Positions 60,234 through 64,000 of a stretch of DNA of 64,000 bases are shown one piece after another (the stretch's first letter is position 1; each line of letters begins with the position of its first letter). Position numbers and translations under genes: made by a program. Origin of the DNA: Lysobacterales bacterium. GTDB lineage: Bacteria > Pseudomonadota > Gammaproteobacteria > Xanthomonadales > SZUA-36. The notes under the pieces were generated by a model. The model was given only the letters and a program-made list of their open reading frames with translations, ran no database searches and was not told the DNA's origin. The stretch covers positions 17,294-81,293 of the forward strand of contig JAOZKI010000002.1 of assembly GCA_029935455.1 (NCBI GenBank). Reading direction: 5' to 3'.

Positions 60234-62854
60234 GCGTGGGCGTTGTCGACCGGTGGTTCGCCTTCCCCGGGGTGGCGCTGGCCTTCGGCCTGCTGCTTTG
60301 GGCCCAAACCGCCGCTGGCGCCACCATCGTCGTCAACAACCTGGATGCCGGAACGGGCCTGGGCTTTGATGACCCCACCGCCGTTGCGCCGGTGACAGGA
60401 AACCCCGGGGTGACGCTAGGCGCCCAACGCCTTAACGCCTTTCGGGCTGCTGCAGAACAGTGGGCGGCGATTCTTGATTCCCCGGTAACCATTCAGATCG
60501 ACGCGCAGATGCCAGCCCAGTCTTGCACGCCGACCAGTGGCACCCTGGGTTCAGCCGGCGCGAATACCGTTCACCGGGATTTCGACAATGCGCCCGTAGC
60601 GGATACCTGGTACCCGCAAGCACTTGCCAACAGCCTGGCCGGCGTCGACCTCAGTGCTGCCAGTGATATCAGCGCCAACTTCAACCGTGATGTCGACGAC
60701 GACCCGAACTGCCTGAGCGGACTCACCTGGTCCTACGTGATTGGCGCGTTGAGCCCGCCCGGAACTCTGGCTTTTACCGATACGGTATTGCATGAGATTG
60801 GCCATGGCATCGGTGTCGCCGGATTTACAAACCTTGCCACGGGAGCGCTTTTTTTTAACGGGCCTGACCATTACGGCACCTGGCTTTACTCAGAAACCTT
60901 GGGTCAGCCTTGGACCTCGCTGTCAAATGCACAGCGATTGGCCACCGCAACGGATACCGGCAACCTGACCTGGGCCGGCTCCGAAGTCGGTAATGTCGAC
61001 GATTTCTTAAGCGCCGGAGTGCAAAGCAGTGGTCGGGTACGCATGTATGCGCCTACAACGCTCGCGCCAGGGTCTTCCGTAAATCACTTTGACACGGCAT
61101 TGACGCCCAACGAGTTGATGGAACCATTCGCCACAGACGTCAACGAACAGCTGGTGACCAACCACCTGCTCCTTGATGTCGGCTGGAATTTACAACTGGC
61201 CACCCCGGTGTCCATCTCAGATGGCTTCACGGAAATCGTCGCCGGTAGTCAGACCAGTTACCAGATCACGGTGCAGAATGATGGTCCGGGCAACATCCGA
61301 ATGGTCAACGCCACCGTCAACAGCGGGATTTCGCAGCTTTTAGGAGTCAGCTGGACCTGCACCGGAAACGGTGGTGGCAGTTGCGGCTCGCCGAGCGGCA
61401 CAGACGCCATCATCGACGAAGACATCATCTTACCCCTTGGCAGCAGCGTGACTTTCCAACTGAATGGCACGGTGGACCCTGAGTTCAGCGGCCCTCTAAA
61501 TGCCTCTGTGAGCCTGACGACGCCGGACAACATCATCAACACCGTGTCCGGCACGGCTTCTGATGCAACGAATGTGCTGCCTCTGGACATTGTTGTGTCG
61601 CCGACCAACGGCCTAGTAACGGGCGAAGACGGCACATCGGACAGCTTCAGCATCGTTCTCGCCTCAGCACCCACCGATGACGTCACCATTGGGATTAGCA
61701 GCAATGATGAAACCGAGGGAATCGTCAGCCCGAACAGCCTGGTCTTCACTGGAAGCAATTGGGACATAGCACAGACCGTAACGGTTACCGGCGTAAGTGA
61801 CGCCGATGCGGACGGAGCCATCGCTTACCTTGTGATCACAGCGCCTGCGGTCAGCGCCGACACCGCATACAACGGCCTCAACGCAGCAGATGTTTCTGTG
61901 ACCAACCTGGATAACAACGTCGGCATTCTTGTCTCTAGCATCAGCGGCAACACTTCGGAGCCAGCGGGTACAGCTACGTTCACCGTGACCGCGACGAGTC
62001 CGCCCAGCAGCGCCGTGACCGTCGGTCTCACAAGCAGCGATGAAAGCGAGGGAACAGTGCCGGTAAGCGTGGTGCTACCGGCCGGCACAACCGCGGCGCA
62101 GACGGTCACGGTAACGGGCGCCGACGATGCGCTCAATGACGGCGATGTGGGCTACACCATCATCACGGCCGCTGCGACAAGTGCCGACGCAAACTACAAC
62201 GGCATCAACCCGGACGACGTGAACGTCACCAATGAGGACGATGATTACCTGGTTGGCGGTTTCGTGACCGGCAACGTAGGCAGCGGTTTGGTGCTGCAGA
62301 ACAACGGCAGCGACGACTTGGCCATCTCCGGAACCGGAGCATTCAATTTCGACACACCGGTGTCGGACGGCAACCCGTACAGCGTGAGCCTACTGACTCA
62401 GCCGTCGGAACCCGCCATTGAGTGTTCCATCGTAAGTGGCGTCGGCACCATCTCCGGTGCCGACGTGACCACCGTGGCCGTCAATTGCGTGGTGACATGT
62501 AACTTCGTGGAAGTCGGCAATGTGACGGTGAACTCAACCGTCGAGCACGAATCCTGCACCATGCTGTTGATCGGACCCGACTACGTCGCGGAAGACGGTG
62601 CGGACGTGCAGATATCAAGCGGCGAGGAAATCTGGTTCTTACCGGGAACCCGAGTTCAACAAGGTGCCACGCTCAATGCAGCCGTATGCGGGCAAAGTCT
62701 GTGCGAGGCCAGCGATCCGCCGGCCCCCATACCCAACGGCTGTCACTCCTGCGTCGTTGCCGTCTGCGACGTGGACGACTTTTGTTGTAACACCGCATGG
62801 GACCAGTTGTGTGTAGACGCGGTGCAACCGGTCTGCGGGCTCGTTTGCGACTGA
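60230..62854 (+). CDS. Large secreted multidomain protein: HExxH metallopeptidase-like domain, beta-sandwich repeats, Cys-rich C-terminal tail
   Basis: 874 aa with a signal ending AAGA-T. It has HEIGH at nt 60791-60805 plus downstream NHFD and LMEP, a DUF11-like segment, two tandem repeats of about 110 aa, and 8 Cys in the last 37 aa. The start is TTG 60230 or GTG 60236. Confidence 0.85.
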   Translation: MSVGVVDRWFAFPGVALAFGLLLWAQTAAGATIVVNNLDAGTGLGFDDPTAVAPVTGNPGVTLGAQRLNAFRAAAEQWAAILDSPVTIQIDAQMPAQSCTPTSGTLGSAGANTVHRDFDNAPVADTWYPQALANSLAGVDLSAASDISANFNRDVDDDPNCLSGLTWSYVIGALSPPGTLAFTDTVLHEIGHGIGVAGFTNLATGALFFNGPDHYGTWLYSETLGQPWTSLSNAQRLATATDTGNLTWAGSEVGNVDDFLSAGVQSSGRVRMYAPTTLAPGSSVNHFDTALTPNELMEPFATDVNEQLVTNHLLLDVGWNLQLATPVSISDGFTEIVAGSQTSYQITVQNDGPGNIRMVNATVNSGISQLLGVSWTCTGNGGGSCGSPSGTDAIIDEDIILPLGSSVTFQLNGTVDPEFSGPLNASVSLTTPDNIINTVSGTASDATNVLPLDIVVSPTNGLVTGEDGTSDSFSIVLASAPTDDVTIGISSNDETEGIVSPNSLVFTGSNWDIAQTVTVTGVSDADADGAIAYLVITAPAVSADTAYNGLNAADVSVTNLDNNVGILVSSISGNTSEPAGTATFTVTATSPPSSAVTVGLTSSDESEGTVPVSVVLPAGTTAAQTVTVTGADDALNDGDVGYTIITAAATSADANYNGINPDDVNVTNEDDDYLVGGFVTGNVGSGLVLQNNGSDDLAISGTGAFNFDTPVSDGNPYSVSLLTQPSEPAIECSIVSGVGTISGADVTTVAVNCVVTCNFVEVGNVTVNSTVEHESCTMLLIGPDYVAEDGADVQISSGEEIWFLPGTRVQQGATLNAAVCGQSLCEASDPPAPIPNGCHSCVVAVCDVDDFCCNTAWDQLCVDAVQPVCGLVCD
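61583..62245 (+). repeat. Two tandem repeats of about 110 codons inside the large secreted protein
   Basis: Unit 1 reads ...TGEDGTSDSFSIVLASAPTDDVTIGISSNDETEG...QTVTVTGVSDADADGAIAY...YNGLNAADVSVTNLDNN. Unit 2 reads ...TSEPAGTATFTVTATSPPSSAVTVGLTSSDESEG...QTVTVTGADDALNDGDVGY...YNGINPDDVNVTNEDDD. Confidence 0.7.
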
Positions 62855-62866
62855 ACTGAACCGCCT

Positions 62867-62893
62867 GCCTGACCGGCCAAACGCCGGTCAGGC
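62867..62893 (+). terminator. Stem-loop after the large secreted-protein gene
   Basis: 11-bp stem GCCTGACCGGC/GCCGGTCAGGC with loop CAAAC. Only a weak T-run follows. Confidence 0.4.
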
Positions 62894-63231
62894 CATGCGG
62901 GGTCCTTTATCTGAAGCAAAAGGTTTTCACGAAATACCAAGAACGCCAGCATCAGTTTGCCGAATCTCGGCCATGGCATAAGGACGTGTGAAGCCGTTCG
63001 CGATGCCTCAAAGAGGTCGAAAATAGGGGCATGAATATCTCTGGCGCGGTCGCGGCGCGCATCAAACACCTCCTGAAGAACACCGTTTCTGTAGAACTCC
63101 AGGTCTCCCGATACGGCGCAGTTATCACCGAGGGCGCCTTTTTGCTCATCGTCAAAGCCTTGCCCTCATCGGTTGACGCGCGTAATTTGGGCAGCCATCG
63201 ACGTCCATCTTGATGCGGAAGGGGGAGCAAT

Positions 63232-64000
63232 ATGTTGCTCAGGCTTACCGGGTTTTTCACAGTCATAGTCTGCATGGTCCTTGGGGCCGGTCAGGCCGCC
63301 TATGGCGATGCGCCCCAGCTACCCCGATTCGAACCGGTGGCCACCGCGGAGCCGTTTCCCGTCACCGTTCCAGACGCCTTCGAGGCAACGCTGGGCTGGC
63401 TGATCACCGCCGAAGACCGCGACCAGCCCTCTGCCCGTGAAATCCGTCTACCGGTGGCCATCATTCATGCGCGCTCTGCGACCGGGAGAAATCCGGTGGT
63501 CTATCTGTCCGGCGGTCCCGGTACCTCAGCCATGAACACCGCCGCGTATCCCGGCGCCTATCCCTGGCTTGAGGAGCGTGATTTTATTGTTATCGGCCAG
63601 CGCGGTACGCACTTCGCGACACCCGCCCTCATGTGCCCCGAATATCGAACGGCGGTAGCCACGCAAGCGGATACCGTCGCCGCAGTCAGGGCCTGTAAGG
63701 CGCGACTTGAAGCCGACGGCATTGATCTGAGCAAGTATCACAGTCTTGCCAGTGCCGATGATCTGGATGATCTGCGCACGGTACTGGGGCTCGATGCCTG
63801 GAGCCTTTATGGCGGGTCCTACGGCACCCGACTGGCACTTGTTTACGCCAAGAAATTTGGCCACCGGGTGGAGTCCATGGTGCTGGATTCGCCGCTGCCA
63901 CCGAATGCGATCTATGACGACGAAAGCGCCCGGAATCTTGAGCATTCCCTGAGGCTGGTGGCCCGTGACTGTGCCCAACAAGCGGCCTGCGCCAGCGCAT
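63232..64000 (+). CDS. Secreted alpha/beta hydrolase (S33-like aminopeptidase type), 5' part; continues beyond window
   Basis: Not in the ORF track because it has no stop in the window. The ATG at 63232 is preceded by GGGGGAG. It reads MLLRLTGFFTVIVCMVLGAGQAA (signal)...VVYLSGGPGTS...SLYGGSYGTRLAL (GxSxG) and stays open to nt 64000. Confidence 0.85.
   Translation, partial: MLLRLTGFFTVIVCMVLGAGQAAYGDAPQLPRFEPVATAEPFPVTVPDAFEATLGWLITAEDRDQPSAREIRLPVAIIHARSATGRNPVVYLSGGPGTSAMNTAAYPGAYPWLEERDFIVIGQRGTHFATPALMCPEYRTAVATQADTVAAVRACKARLEADGIDLSKYHSLASADDLDDLRTVLGLDAWSLYGGSYGTRLALVYAKKFGHRVESMVLDSPLPPNAIYDDESARNLEHSLRLVARDCAQQAACASA

Noticed and set aside
63031-63213. 60-aa plus ORF, and the 107-aa minus ORF 62952-63275, in the spacer before the hydrolase gene
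   Set aside because: They are mutually overlapping and have no SD, signal or motif. They are treated as remnants or noise.

Overview
GC-rich chromosomal segment with gammaproteobacterial gene order, almost fully coding. No rRNA, tRNA, CRISPR array, integrase or transposase was seen. Nt 1-47500 is housekeeping core: atpA'(partial)-atpHFEBI, parBA, rsmG, a lipoprotein gene, a peptide ABC importer with two binding proteins, plant-type gshA, a long-form algC, dut, radC-rpmB-rpmG, an orphan hydantoinase-A-like gene, mutM, tdk, prmA-accCB-aroQ, a TlpA-like/dsbD/cutA redox cluster, a PFK, adk, mpl, a DedA/PAP2-like fusion, an SDR, hemL, rubredoxin-PspC, cpdA, yegP, an ECF sigma operon and groESL. 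From the groEL terminator (about nt 47500) to the window end the content looks accessory and mosaic. It holds a Tat-signal class A beta-lactamase flanked by decayed ORF fragments, an S9 peptidase, a complete non-phosphorylative L-fucose catabolic cluster, a two-gene secreted module (small protein plus an 874-aa HExxH multidomain protein with a Cys-rich tail) and a partial alpha/beta hydrolase. Four genes are absent from the ORF track and were read directly: atpA and the final hydrolase run off the window, and rpmG and rubredoxin are under 60 aa. Many track ORFs carry spurious N-terminal extensions, so starts were re-picked. The best candidates for undescribed biology are the secreted HExxH/partner module, the ECF sigma/anti-sigma/2xDUF4252/DUF192 operon, the membrane-tethered AlgC extension, the tandem-nDsbD DsbD and an insertion in ATP synthase subunit a. 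All family assignments come from motif reading and memory, not database searches.
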